Shown: positions 55,190-64,000, counted from the stretch's first letter. The stretch is 64,000 nucleotides of DNA from Dehalococcoidales bacterium (GCA_034413595.1 DAOUMC010000019.1:581-64580); one strand, 5' to 3'. The notes: generated by a model from the letters alone, not told the origin. A program made the numbers and translations.

Positions 55190-57460
55190 ATGGCTGAACC
55201 AACACCACTGGACCCAACCTTTGAATTTGGTAATGACTTAGCAGTTGTCGGGAAGTACAATCCTGACCCCCAGGGGGATGCCATTGTCACCGGGAAGTAT
55301 ATGTACTCTAATGACCATCTACCGGGCCGGAAGCTCTATGCCGCCCAGCTGGGTTCGCCGTATGCTCACGCCAAGATTACGAGCATCAACACCAGCAAGG
55401 CGGAAGCCGTGGATGGCGTTGAAGCGGTCATCACCTACCAGGACAACCCCACCTGGAGCGATACTATGCTGTGCTGGGGCCAGGAGTTCGCCGCGGTAGC
55501 CGCCACCGACCCGTATACCGCCGAGCGTGCCCTGGACCTCATTGAGGTGGAGTGGCAGGAACTCCCGTTCATCATCGACCCGGTAAAAGCCATGCAGCCC
55601 GGCGCCGACCTAGTGGGCACCTTCCCCGATTCCAATATCTCAAGCAGCCCGCGCCGCAACACCCGCGGTGACACCGAGGCCGGCTTCGCCCAGGCGGATG
55701 TCATCGTTGAGGTGACCACCGGCTTCTGCACTCCCCACACGCAAAACACCATAGAGCCCTGCTCTGGTATCGCCTGGTGGGAGGGAGACCACGTCTATGG
55801 CTACGACCAAAACCAGAACCCTCACTCAAGCAACAGGAATTACGCCTCGGCACTGGGTGTTCCAATCAGCAAGTGCCACATCTCGGTCATCGGCACCGGT
55901 GGCGGCTTCGGCGGCTCCGGCCAGACCAATGAGCCGGTAACCTGCGCCCTGCTGTCCAAGAAGGCAGGCAAGCCCGTGGCCATGAGCCGCGAGCGGAGGT
56001 ACCAGACCCCCAGCCGCAGGAACCACTACTCGCCGAGTTCGACAATCAAGATGGGCTGCAAGAACGACGGCACCATGACGGCCTTTGAGGTCACCATCTA
56101 CGCCGATGGCGGCAGAAACGCTTCCTCGGGCGGCAACAACTACTGGGAAGTCTATGAGTCCACCTGGCTCTGCCCTAATCTAGTAGTCGAAGTCTACGGC
56201 GTAGCCACCAACAAGGGTTTTGGTGCCGGCTACCGCTGCCTGGCCCACCCCGAGGGAGGGCTCATATTTGACAAGGCGGTGCACGAGATGGCCGCCAAGC
56301 TCAACATGACCCCCCTTGAGTTCATGCGCAAGAACTTCGTTAAGGCAGACACGCCTAACCAGGACACCGGAAACCCGATGACCACCTACGGTCTTGGTCC
56401 GGCGCTGGAGAAAGCGGCCGAAGTCATTGACTATGAAGCCAAGTACCACGAACCGGGTGCCAAAACCTTACCCGACGGACGGAAGCACGGTATCGGCATC
56501 CACGCCCACAACGACCGACATGGTACCACCCGCACCGGCCGCGGCATCATCATCAACATAAAAAGGGACGGCTCCATCAACTACAATACCGGCCAGTCAC
56601 GCCAGCAGACGGGCGCCATTGGAGGTCTTTCGGCCATCATCGCCGAGGCGCTGGGTGCTACCTACGACCAGGTCGACTGTGGCGCCTGGGGCAATCCCTC
56701 CAACTCCCCCGACGGAGGCTCCCAGGGTGGCAGCACCGGCCAGACCACCAACGGCGCCGCAGCGCTCATGGCCGCTCTAGACGTCAGGCAGCAGCTATTT
56801 GACTATGCAGCCGGCCAGCTCAAGGTCACACCCGAGGAGCTGGACGCCCGGGAGGGTAAAATCTTCGTCAAGGCGGACCCGACCCAGTCCATAACCCACG
56901 CCCAGGTCATGGCCAAGATAGCCAAGCCCATCATCGGTGTGGGCAAGAGCTTCAACAATGACCTGCGGAGGCCGTTCCAGGGCTTCCCGGCAGGCACAAC
57001 CGCCTGGCACCGCACCGGCACCGCCGCCGCCTACGAAGTGGCCGTTGACACCGAGACCGGTGAGGTGGAGATACTAGACTACGTCAACGTCTGTGACGCC
57101 GGCCGGGTGATACACCGCTTCGGAGCCGAGGGGCAGATATCCTCAGGCCAGCAGGCACACTTTAACAAAACGTTTATCTGGGATGTCAATCACGACCCAC
57201 AGAGGGGCGTGCTGCTCAACCAGACCATGCTGGACATGAAGCACTGCACCACCATGGACGTGCCCATAGACAAGAACAACTTCGTCCTGCTGGAGACGGT
57301 GAATGCCGTCGGCGCCTTCGGTGGCAACGGCATCGGAGAGCCGGCGTCGACGCCAGGCTACGCCGCCCTGTTCAACGCCGTCAACAACGCCCTGGGCACC
57401 GATTTCTATGAGAGGCCTATTCCAACCGACAAGATTCTCAAGGCGCTGGGAAAGGCATAG
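55190..57460 (+). CDS. Molybdopterin-binding large subunit of a xanthine-dehydrogenase/CO-dehydrogenase-family hydroxylase
   Basis: GTGGGFGG, active-site loop GAGYRCLAHPE and catalytic-Glu region GNGIGEPAS. AGGAGG SD before ATG 55190. Confidence 0.9.
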   Translation: MAEPTPLDPTFEFGNDLAVVGKYNPDPQGDAIVTGKYMYSNDHLPGRKLYAAQLGSPYAHAKITSINTSKAEAVDGVEAVITYQDNPTWSDTMLCWGQEFAAVAATDPYTAERALDLIEVEWQELPFIIDPVKAMQPGADLVGTFPDSNISSSPRRNTRGDTEAGFAQADVIVEVTTGFCTPHTQNTIEPCSGIAWWEGDHVYGYDQNQNPHSSNRNYASALGVPISKCHISVIGTGGGFGGSGQTNEPVTCALLSKKAGKPVAMSRERRYQTPSRRNHYSPSSTIKMGCKNDGTMTAFEVTIYADGGRNASSGGNNYWEVYESTWLCPNLVVEVYGVATNKGFGAGYRCLAHPEGGLIFDKAVHEMAAKLNMTPLEFMRKNFVKADTPNQDTGNPMTTYGLGPALEKAAEVIDYEAKYHEPGAKTLPDGRKHGIGIHAHNDRHGTTRTGRGIIINIKRDGSINYNTGQSRQQTGAIGGLSAIIAEALGATYDQVDCGAWGNPSNSPDGGSQGGSTGQTTNGAAALMAALDVRQQLFDYAAGQLKVTPEELDAREGKIFVKADPTQSITHAQVMAKIAKPIIGVGKSFNNDLRRPFQGFPAGTTAWHRTGTAAAYEVAVDTETGEVEILDYVNVCDAGRVIHRFGAEGQISSGQQAHFNKTFIWDVNHDPQRGVLLNQTMLDMKHCTTMDVPIDKNNFVLLETVNAVGAFGGNGIGEPASTPGYAALFNAVNNALGTDFYERPIPTDKILKALGKA

Positions 57461-57470
57461 GAGGTAGCAG

Positions 57471-58418
57471 ATGCAGAAGATAACACACGTCAATGCAACC
57501 ACAATTGATGAAGCGGCATCAGCTCTGGGGTCTACCGCGGCCGTTATTGCCGGCGGCACCGACCTTTATGGCGTGCTGAAGGGAATGATACTCCCCACCC
57601 CTCCAGAAAAGCTGGTCAATATCAAGACTATTCCCGACCTGGACTACATAAAGGTTGAAGGCGGAGTGCTAAAAATCGGCACCCTGACCCGACTCGCCGA
57701 TATCGCCGCATCGAGTGATGTCAGCACTAACTATCCGGCATTAGCTGAAGCGGCTCACAAGGTAGGCTCACCCCAGATACGCAACATGGGCACTATCGGT
57801 GGCAACCTCTGCCAGCATGTCAGGTGCTGGTACTACCGCACCGAGCACGATGAGTTTTTGTGCTTCCGTAAGGGCGGACAGCTGTGCTACATGGTCGGCG
57901 GAAACAACAGAAGGCACAGTGCTATCCTGGGAGGGCAGGTATGCTTTGCCACCTGCCCATCAGACACGGCCATAGCCCTGACCGCTCTTGACGCCACCAT
58001 AGTCACCAGCAAGAGAAGCATTCCTATCGGTGATTTCTTTAATGTGATACCGGGTAATGTCCTGGATGCTGACGAGATAGTTACCGAGGTCCAAGTGCCC
58101 CAGCCTGCGGCAGGGACAAAGCAGGCCTTTGTCAAATGGGCCGAGAGAAAGGCCATTGACTTTGCCGAGGCCAGCGTAGCCTATGTCCTAACCGTTGCCG
58201 GCGGGAATGTCACCGACGCCCGAATCGTGCTGGGTGGTGTGGCACCAGTGCCCTGGAGGGCAACCAGTGCTGAGGATGGCCTAAAGGGAAAGGCAATTAA
58301 TGAGGCTAACGCTGAAGCCGCTGGCACTGCGGCGGTTTCGGGCAATGTACCTCTTTCAGACAACAAGTACAAGGTTCAGATAGCAAAAACCATAGTGAAG
58401 AGGGCATTACTCCTCTAA
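57471..58418 (+). CDS. FAD-binding medium subunit (CoxM/XdhB type)
   Basis: VIAGGTDLYGVLK and TIGGNLC. Confidence 0.88.
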   Translation: MQKITHVNATTIDEAASALGSTAAVIAGGTDLYGVLKGMILPTPPEKLVNIKTIPDLDYIKVEGGVLKIGTLTRLADIAASSDVSTNYPALAEAAHKVGSPQIRNMGTIGGNLCQHVRCWYYRTEHDEFLCFRKGGQLCYMVGGNNRRHSAILGGQVCFATCPSDTAIALTALDATIVTSKRSIPIGDFFNVIPGNVLDADEIVTEVQVPQPAAGTKQAFVKWAERKAIDFAEASVAYVLTVAGGNVTDARIVLGGVAPVPWRATSAEDGLKGKAINEANAEAAGTAAVSGNVPLSDNKYKVQIAKTIVKRALLL

Positions 58419-58445
58419 CCAAAGCCTGCTAAGAGGTTAGCCTTA

Positions 58446-58476
58446 GACAGGGCGAGGGAGACCCCCTCGCCCTGTC
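58446..58476 (+). terminator. Intrinsic terminator of the Mo-hydroxylase operon
   Basis: 13-bp perfect stem GACAGGGCGAGGG/CCCTCGCCCTGTC followed by TTATATT. Confidence 0.65.
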
Positions 58477-58553
58477 TTATATTAACTGAGAAATGTAACC
58501 CCAGACTTCCTCTCTGCACAAACTCACTAACGATGGCGGCTGTGCTTTCTTAG

Positions 58554-58814
58554 CTAACTCGGCTTTCCAGAGTTCTGGGTTATATTTCGGCAGCATTCCC
58601 AGCAGAGGATTTCCCAGGCTGTAATCGCATTCTTACCGTGACTAAGACGACGATGCATCTTCCAGCCACCCGCCAATGGTTTATCATGCCTATCCCAGAC
58701 TAGAGACCTGTTGCACCGTATATAAGGGTGGTCGTGGTCCAAGCGGGTGCACTGACACTTTCCCTCGGCTCTCTGCCACACCTGGCGCAGTACCGTTGAA
58801 AACATGCCTCCCAT
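58554..58814 (-). CDS. Small Cys/His-rich protein, possibly HNH/zinc-finger nuclease-like
   Basis: GKCQC...HDHP...CWECC spacing only. This is weak evidence. Confidence 0.25.
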   Translation of the reverse strand: MGGMFSTVLRQVWQRAEGKCQCTRLDHDHPYIRCNRSLVWDRHDKPLAGGWKMHRRLSHGKNAITAWEILCWECCRNITQNSGKPS

Positions 58815-58944
58815 GACAAGTCAAATCCTAGTTCCAGGCTAGGCAAATGTCAATATAACGAAACGTCGTTCTCAGGCTAACTGATGGCTCTGTATTTTAC
58901 CAGGCAACAAGGTAGATTGCTGTACCTGTGTCGGTCTACACCAT

Positions 58945-59877
58945 CTACACCACTATCAGAATACCGATTAAGGATAAAATGGCGATTGGAGGTAATGCCG
59001 GCACCGGTTTGCCTTTGAAAAAGGTCGCCTGACTCCAGTAAGCGCCAACGAGTCCGAGGAGAGAGAAAACGGCGACAACAAGGGCACTATTAAAGCCATG
59101 GGCGAAATACACCGAAGAAGCCAGAAGAAGAGAGAAGGCGACATCTCCTCCGCCCAGTATGGAATACTTGTTTACCGATGGTTCATCAGCAGTTGACCCG
59201 GAGTAGGGTCTCAGGCTGGAGCTCCACTCAGAAACACGTCGGGGAATGATAAACGCCGGCAGGGTGCTGGATTGGCCCAGCTTCTTTATCATCCACAGCA
59301 TATAGCCAAAACGGACCGCTAAAAGGTCATAAATGGCGATGGCTGATAGAAGAACCATCGCTGTCCAGGGCGTAATGAAGCGTCCAAATACAGCCCCCAG
59401 GCCCACCATTGCCACAATCATGACCAGGTCGTGCAGCCACACCCTGTTTAAAAAGAACCAGCCAAAGCCCACGGCGACAGAAAGAACAATGGTGACTGAA
59501 AGAGGTAACCACAGAACGAGTATGATGAATACACTCCAGCAAAACAAAAGGGCAAATAATATTCTGAAAACCAGTTTTAGTGCCGAAATCGGAATCAGGA
59601 AGAAAACTGCACTCAGTATAACTACAACGGCAAAGAAATATATTAGTATTGGTCCAAGCGATGAATAGGCAGACGTTTGAGTTACTTCCCCAGAAGGAGA
59701 TGTGACCGGCCCAGGCCACAAAGATATAACCTGAGACGGCTGACTGGGGACATATATCTGCTCGGCCTCCAGGAATACATTCTCGCGGGAAATAACACAG
59801 AAGGTGAGTATTTCAGCGACAGCAAAGATTAGAATGCCCCAGTATGCCGGCTTGAACCTTATCCATTTTGGTATCAC
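58945..59877 (-). CDS. Presenilin/signal-peptide-peptidase-like intramembrane aspartyl protease (family A22-like)
   Basis: The motifs occur in order inside TM segments: AIYDLLAV (YD), then about 60 aa, then LGGGDVAF (GxGD), then about 50 aa, then KPVPALPP (PAL). The track start (60024) overlaps tRNA-Ile and its first roughly 49 codons look non-coding. I place the start tentatively at GTG 59875-59877. Confidence 0.55.
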   Translation of the reverse strand: MIPKWIRFKPAYWGILIFAVAEILTFCVISRENVFLEAEQIYVPSQPSQVISLWPGPVTSPSGEVTQTSAYSSLGPILIYFFAVVVILSAVFFLIPISALKLVFRILFALLFCWSVFIILVLWLPLSVTIVLSVAVGFGWFFLNRVWLHDLVMIVAMVGLGAVFGRFITPWTAMVLLSAIAIYDLLAVRFGYMLWMIKKLGQSSTLPAFIIPRRVSEWSSSLRPYSGSTADEPSVNKYSILGGGDVAFSLLLASSVYFAHGFNSALVVAVFSLLGLVGAYWSQATFFKGKPVPALPPIAILSLIGILIVV

Positions 59878-60013
59878 TACTAGCCTATTCCAAACCTGAA
59901 AGTACCATACTGGCCACAGGATACATCCAGAAGAGAACCCACAGTGACGAAGTCTTACTAACCAACGCCGATTCACACCCGAAGAGCAGGCGGGAATTCT
60001 TCGTTCCATGCCC

Positions 60014-60090
60014 TGGTGGGCCATTCTGGACTCGAACCAGAGACCCCAGTCTTATCAGGACTGTGCTCTAACCAACTGAGCTAATGGCCC
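60014..60090 (-). tRNA. tRNA-Ile (anticodon GAT), CCA encoded
   Basis: Manually folded: acceptor GGGCCAT/ATGGCCC, anticodon loop CTGATAA, T-loop TTCGAGT, ending ACCA. Confidence 0.93.
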
Positions 60091-60098
60091 GGAAACCT

Positions 60099-60128
60099 AT
60101 TCTAATGCAAGCTCCGATGATAAATCAA
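60099..60128 (-). promoter_or_regulatory. tRNA-Ile promoter TTGATT-18-TAGAAT
   Basis: The minus-strand hexamers are at 60123-60128 and 60099-60104. The -10 ends 8 nt before the mature 5' end. Confidence 0.5.
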
Positions 60129-60239
60129 GCACTATTCTTGGATTCTGACAACGGTGCCAGCCTATTCAGCAAGATCAGCACTAAATACAAAGAGCACAGT
60201 CCTATCAACTGTGCTAATCCCCAACTTCTGAAGCGGCTT

Positions 60240-60506
60240 TTATTGTTTACCCTTGCCCAAAAGCCCGATTACCTCGCTCAAGTCTTTTTCTATGTCAATG
60301 AACAGGTAAATCAGCTTTGAAGCCGTCAGCAACACCAGCATATAAATCGCGGTGCCGACAAAACCCCCCAACAAGAAAAAAATCTTGGCGATAAAAGTGG
60401 TGGCTCCTATGCTCATAATGATAGATATGGCAACGCCAACTACGGCCACCACCCAGGCCAGAATGCTGAGGCAATAGGCAATGATACGAAGCGTTTGATG
60501 TTTCAT
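60240..60506 (-). CDS. 88-aa membrane protein (2-3 TM), unknown function
   Basis: Hydrophobicity only. Confidence 0.45.
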   Translation of the reverse strand: MKHQTLRIIAYCLSILAWVVAVVGVAISIIMSIGATTFIAKIFFLLGGFVGTAIYMLVLLTASKLIYLFIDIEKDLSEVIGLLGKGKQ

Positions 60507-60595
60507 TTAATGTTCAAGTCTAGCCGAAAAGCTGGCAAAAATCAAGCCGTAAAATAAAGGACTTTTTAATAAACCCAGACGAGCTGGGGTGACGG

Positions 60596-61282
60596 TTACC
60601 TGTCAATCCTCTTCTGCACTGCTTCGCTGGTGAGTTCGCGGAGAGTATCAGCCGCAATCCATCGGGCAGCTCTTGAGTCTATTCGCTGAATTTCTCCGGC
60701 AACTTCGAGCGCACGCCGGTTGAGCACCCGGTTACGCTTACCGATGTTACGCAGCGCCCAGTTGACGGCCTTTTTCACGTAGTTACGCTCATCGGTGGCA
60801 GCACCCTTGATAAGTATAAAAAGATCTTCAAAGTCCTCATCCTTCATTTTTTTATCATACCAAGCAATCTCGGCAATGAGTGAAAAAGCAGCCCTCTTGA
60901 TGAACTCTGCTTCTCTGCCAGACCATTCGTGAATCTTTTTTAATACGAAAGGCGTCTTCGAAATCAGCTCGGAGACCTGGTCTACGACATCCCAGGAATC
61001 GAAGTCCTTGACCCATTGTTCAAGCTGAGCCTCAGTCACTTTCTCCGGCTCTTCAACAAAGCTGGCCAGGATGTGCGCCTCGTGAAAGCCCGAGTCCCAC
61101 AGCTTCAAAGCCAGTTGGTGGTCTTTGCCGATGTCTCTGGCTATCTTGCGGAGGGTGTAGATAGAAATTCCCAGCGTATTGGTGGTGCTAATACCATAGC
61201 GTGCCATGCCGGCGACATTGGCCGGATTGGCCTGGGACTTCAGGGCATCCAGAATATCTTCGTAAGTCTTCACAGCCAGCAA
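60596..61282 (-). CDS. DNA alkylation repair protein (AlkD-like HEAT-repeat family)
   Basis: ANVAGMARYGI...LGISI..LRKIA, LW.S..HEA and VKKAVNWALRNIGKRN. Confidence 0.8.
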   Translation of the reverse strand: MLAVKTYEDILDALKSQANPANVAGMARYGISTTNTLGISIYTLRKIARDIGKDHQLALKLWDSGFHEAHILASFVEEPEKVTEAQLEQWVKDFDSWDVVDQVSELISKTPFVLKKIHEWSGREAEFIKRAAFSLIAEIAWYDKKMKDEDFEDLFILIKGAATDERNYVKKAVNWALRNIGKRNRVLNRRALEVAGEIQRIDSRAARWIAADTLRELTSEAVQKRIDR

Positions 61283-61344
61283 CTTTAACCCTTTCAGGGT
61301 GAGGCGTCAACCCGTCCTCTCGCAAAGCAACCGCTCTCGCTAAC

Positions 61345-61373
61345 GGGGCGCCTAAGAGGGGTGCAGACCCCTC
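61345..61373 (-). repeat. 29-nt hairpin element, copy B (minus strand GAGGGGTCTGCACCCCTCTTAGGCGCCCC)
   Basis: 24/29 nt identical to copy A at 1339-1367. It lies immediately 3' of the recombinase stop. Confidence 0.55.
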
Positions 61374-61375
61374 TT

Positions 61376-63166
61376 TTATAAACCCCCCCTCTCCTTGAAA
61401 GGAGAGGGGGAAGGAATAATCCGAGCAGTATCGGATCCTTTGCCGATTGATAGCTTGAGCACCTGTGTCGGAATCGACCCTTTGATCTCAATGCGGCCGG
61501 GATAGGCGAACACCTTGATATCAAATAGTTGCATGATACCCCTGATGTTTCTATTTATGTCGTAGGCAGGCCGCTCCCAATCAGGCCCGTAAACGTTGAT
61601 GCTGGGACGAATGCCGGGTATGCAGATGGGCTCCGAACCATGCTCCCAATCGATGACGCAGGGATAGATGCTGTTACATGCGGTGGATCCCTGGTACATA
61701 AAATGTTCAGTAGGGGCCGGTCGGCCGATAGCCATCTTACCATCCGAATCGGCGAAGTAGGCGTTGAAGCCCAAGGGCACAAACTGTTCCTCGGTCATGG
61801 CAAAGATACCCAGGTCGGAGATGACGACGTATCCTTGGCTCAGTATGTTCTTTATTCTGGAAATGTGCTCTTCCAGTGCCTCCATCTGGTAAAGCCGAAA
61901 TGGGTCGATGTTATGGCGGCATCTTAGCAGTGCCGCCTCCTGCTTTCTCAGTTGGGCGAGTTTAGACCTGTAGGTGTCCTCGCCGACGGTGCCATCGGCG
62001 AAGGCCATCCCCAGACGCTCTTTTCTGTTTCTGATTACCTCCAGTTTGCTGTCTATCGACAGGGTCTCGGCCCCGATGCGGGACTTTTCCTCTTCCAGCT
62101 CGGTCAGAGCTTTGTTGATGGACTCGAGAAGCGCCTTCTGGTCCCGAATGACAGTCCTGACTCTCTTCCAGACTGCCGCCTCCAGCCAGTCCGCCCTGAT
62201 ATAGGGTAGGTCGCAGCGCCCTCTGCTGCCGGGATACAGCCGGGGCTGTACCCGTCCGCGGCAGGCATAGTAGCGGTAATCGTCTCTCTTCTTCTGCTGG
62301 CATTTCAGGACGTGGCCGCACCGGCCGCAGAAACACATCCCCTGTAGGGCCCAGCCCTTGGGGTCGGCCAGTACGCTGCGGGCCTTTTCACGTCTCTCCT
62401 GCGCCAGTCGGAAGGTAGCCTCATCAATGAGAGGCGGCATGGCTACGCCGATCCGGTGCTGCCCTGTATATCCGGGGCGGATCAATATCGCGTGAACCAG
62501 GCTGTACCGCCAAGGGGCCCCGCCGCGAGTAGCCAGACCGTACCCGTTCAGGGTAGCCACGATTGAATTAATACCCAGTTTCTTGTTGATGTAGAGGTCG
62601 TAGATGCTCCGAACCACCTGAGCCTCGTCCGGTATCACCTCCCATTTCCGCTCTCCGGCAAGCCAGCGGTAGCCGTACGGGGTACGTCCACCCGGCCAGT
62701 TGCCGCCGCCGATAAGATATCTGCGGCTGTCCCTGACCCTCTCTCCTATCCTCTCCCTCTCAAACTCGGCAATGACCCCCATAATCTGTACAGCAAACCT
62801 GCCGTAGGGCGTCGACGTGTCCAGCCCCTCCTGGGTGGAGACAAACTTGATGCCCAGCTGCTCCAAATCATGGAGGTGGTTTAGCAGCAGCCTGAGGTCA
62901 CGGAAGAAGCGGTCCAATTTGCACACCGCGATGACGTTGAAGCTCTTCTGTCTGGCGTCGAGCAGCATACGCCTGAATGCCGGCCTGTCGTCGGTTCCGC
63001 CGCTATAGCCGCCGTCGATGTATTCATCGGCTACCTCCCAGGCTTGGCTCCTGGCGTAGGCCTTAAGGGCGGCTACCTGGGCTTCGATGGAGACGCCCTC
63101 GGTCGCCTGCTCCTGAGAGCTGACCCGGGCGTAAAGCGCCACCATTAGTCGGGGTTCTGTTCTCAT
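61376..63166 (-). mobile_element. Large serine recombinase (resolvase catalytic domain + recombinase domain + zinc ribbon + long C-terminal extension)
   Basis: VALYARVSSQEQ catalytic Ser, DGGYSGGTDDRPAF, VCKLDRFFRD and C..C...C..C zinc ribbon (CFCGRCGH...YYACRG). AAGGAGG SD. Confidence 0.88.
61385..61410. repeat. 10-bp perfect palindrome CCCCCTCTCC-ttgaaa-GGAGAGGGGG inside the last codons of the recombinase ORF
   Basis: Seen directly. Confidence 0.7.
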
Positions 63167-63204
63167 CGTTTTATCCTCCTTGGTCTCTGATTTTTACTAT
63201 GGGT

Positions 63205-63621
63205 TTAGGTGGTAAAAGCAGGCTCCAGGGAATACCTTCCTCCTCCGTGATAGCGAAAGAACTTTCGGCGGGCGGTATAGTATCTATAGGATGGATGGTT
63301 GGGGGCCGAACTCATCACATGGGAACTCCAGGAGTTCCTCTTCAGGTCAAGGTCCGGGTGTTTTTCTTTGGCCGTGTGGTAAAGCTCGGCAGGGCTGAAC
63401 TCGTTCCGCCCGGTTTCCCTGACCAGGGTTCTGGCAGCCTCTAGCACCAGGTCGAAGATGGTCTGCCCCCGCCCGAGCTTCAGCCTTGCCGGCCTGGGCT
63501 CCGGTCCCTCTATCTTCAGCGAAAGCGTGTACGCCCCCAGTTTTATTATAAGCGTGTTTCCTTCAGTGTGGATAAGTTCTCTGGATGGGACTTCGGAGTC
63601 TTGCCCGGTCACTTCATCCAT
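63205..63621 (-). CDS. 139-aa hypothetical protein upstream of the recombinase
   Basis: AGGAGG SD before ATG 63619-63621. The C-terminal region FSPAELYHTAKEKHPDL...NHPSYRYY...FFRYHGGGRYSL resembles small DNA-associated winged-helix-like domains, but I cannot name a family. Confidence 0.45.
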   Translation of the reverse strand: MDEVTGQDSEVPSRELIHTEGNTLIIKLGAYTLSLKIEGPEPRPARLKLGRGQTIFDLVLEAARTLVRETGRNEFSPAELYHTAKEKHPDLDLKRNSWSSHVMSSAPNHPSYRYYTARRKFFRYHGGGRYSLEPAFTT

Positions 63622-64000
63622 GGTTTGATGCCCTCCTTGCCAATAATGTTTATGATACAGCATGATAAGCCACATGTCAATAGCCCCACTTATAATCCAG
63701 AATAACATGGATTAAGTCTTAGACGCCGTGCACTGCACGCCTTATGCACGGTCGCCTGGCAGGCCGTCAGATTGCTGCGCCACGTGGCGAGGGGAATATG
63801 CTTGTTCACGTGAAATCATAAACTGGCGAAGTAGGCTGTCCATATGCCGCTCCGTTATTGCCCGGACGGGCAGCTCATGACATAGTATGCCTGGATACCC
63901 ACCATTTGCTGGACGACTGCTGGTGATTCCTCCTCTGGATGGGGTGATGGGTAGCCTGCGTGATGTTTACGGGTAGACTATTTAGGTAGTCTTTTGGTAG

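Noticed and set aside
59878-60024. The first roughly 49 codons of the presenilin-like ORF.
   Set aside because: They overlap the 3' end of tRNA-Ile and translate to a Cys/Arg/Trp-rich non-protein-like sequence. The true start must lie downstream, but its exact position is unresolved.
63709-64000. Short open frames at the right edge, including a 35-codon minus-strand ORF with GGAG (MDSLLRQFMISREQAYSPRHVAQQSDGLPGDRA).
   Set aside because: They are too short, have no recognisable motif, and the window ends here. I make no call.

Overview
64-kb chromosomal window, mostly housekeeping genes, with about 75 protein genes and 2 tRNAs. It looks like a wall-less Chloroflexota/Dehalococcoidia-type anaerobe. 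This is inference only, based on a dcw cluster reduced to mraZ-rsmH-ftsA-ftsZ, surface proteins with Thr-rich linkers and an archaeal-type homocysteine gene; no database search was possible. Gene content from left to right: nrdJ(partial)-nrdR; ftsZ-ftsA-rsmH-mraZ; trmD-rplS; priA; a divergent XRE pair; a CCA-type nucleotidyltransferase; secDF; CDF transporter; HDAC; a nurA...herA operon; tRNA-Ala; an AT-richer glycosylation segment; a transglutaminase lipoprotein; feoA-feoB-rtcA beside a DtxR-family repressor; a large Asp-box surface protein and a protease; rsmA-ispE-plsY; a second nucleotidyltransferase; dNTP genes; an ABC transporter; a sulfur cluster (Rrf2-cysK-cysE-COG1900-iscS-iscU-fdhD); a Tat-lipoprotein-anchored Mo-hydroxylase (CoxSLM-like); tRNA-Ile; a presenilin-like protease; and a large serine recombinase. 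The strongest leads are: (1) the nurA...herA operon, which is interrupted by membrane proteins, a poly-Lys micro-ORF and an ATPase-less HAS-barrel-like partner; (2) the surface-anchored Mo-hydroxylase, which has a Y-R-C active-site loop; (3) promoters placed 8 nt from both mature tRNA 5' ends, plus several leaderless mRNAs; (4) an orphan promoter-sORF-terminator module; (5) a structured leader that sequesters the SD of the homocysteine gene; (6) a MITE-like insertion with 8-bp direct repeats. All calls come from reading the sequence and ORF track by eye. Promoter, operator and family assignments need computational confirmation.
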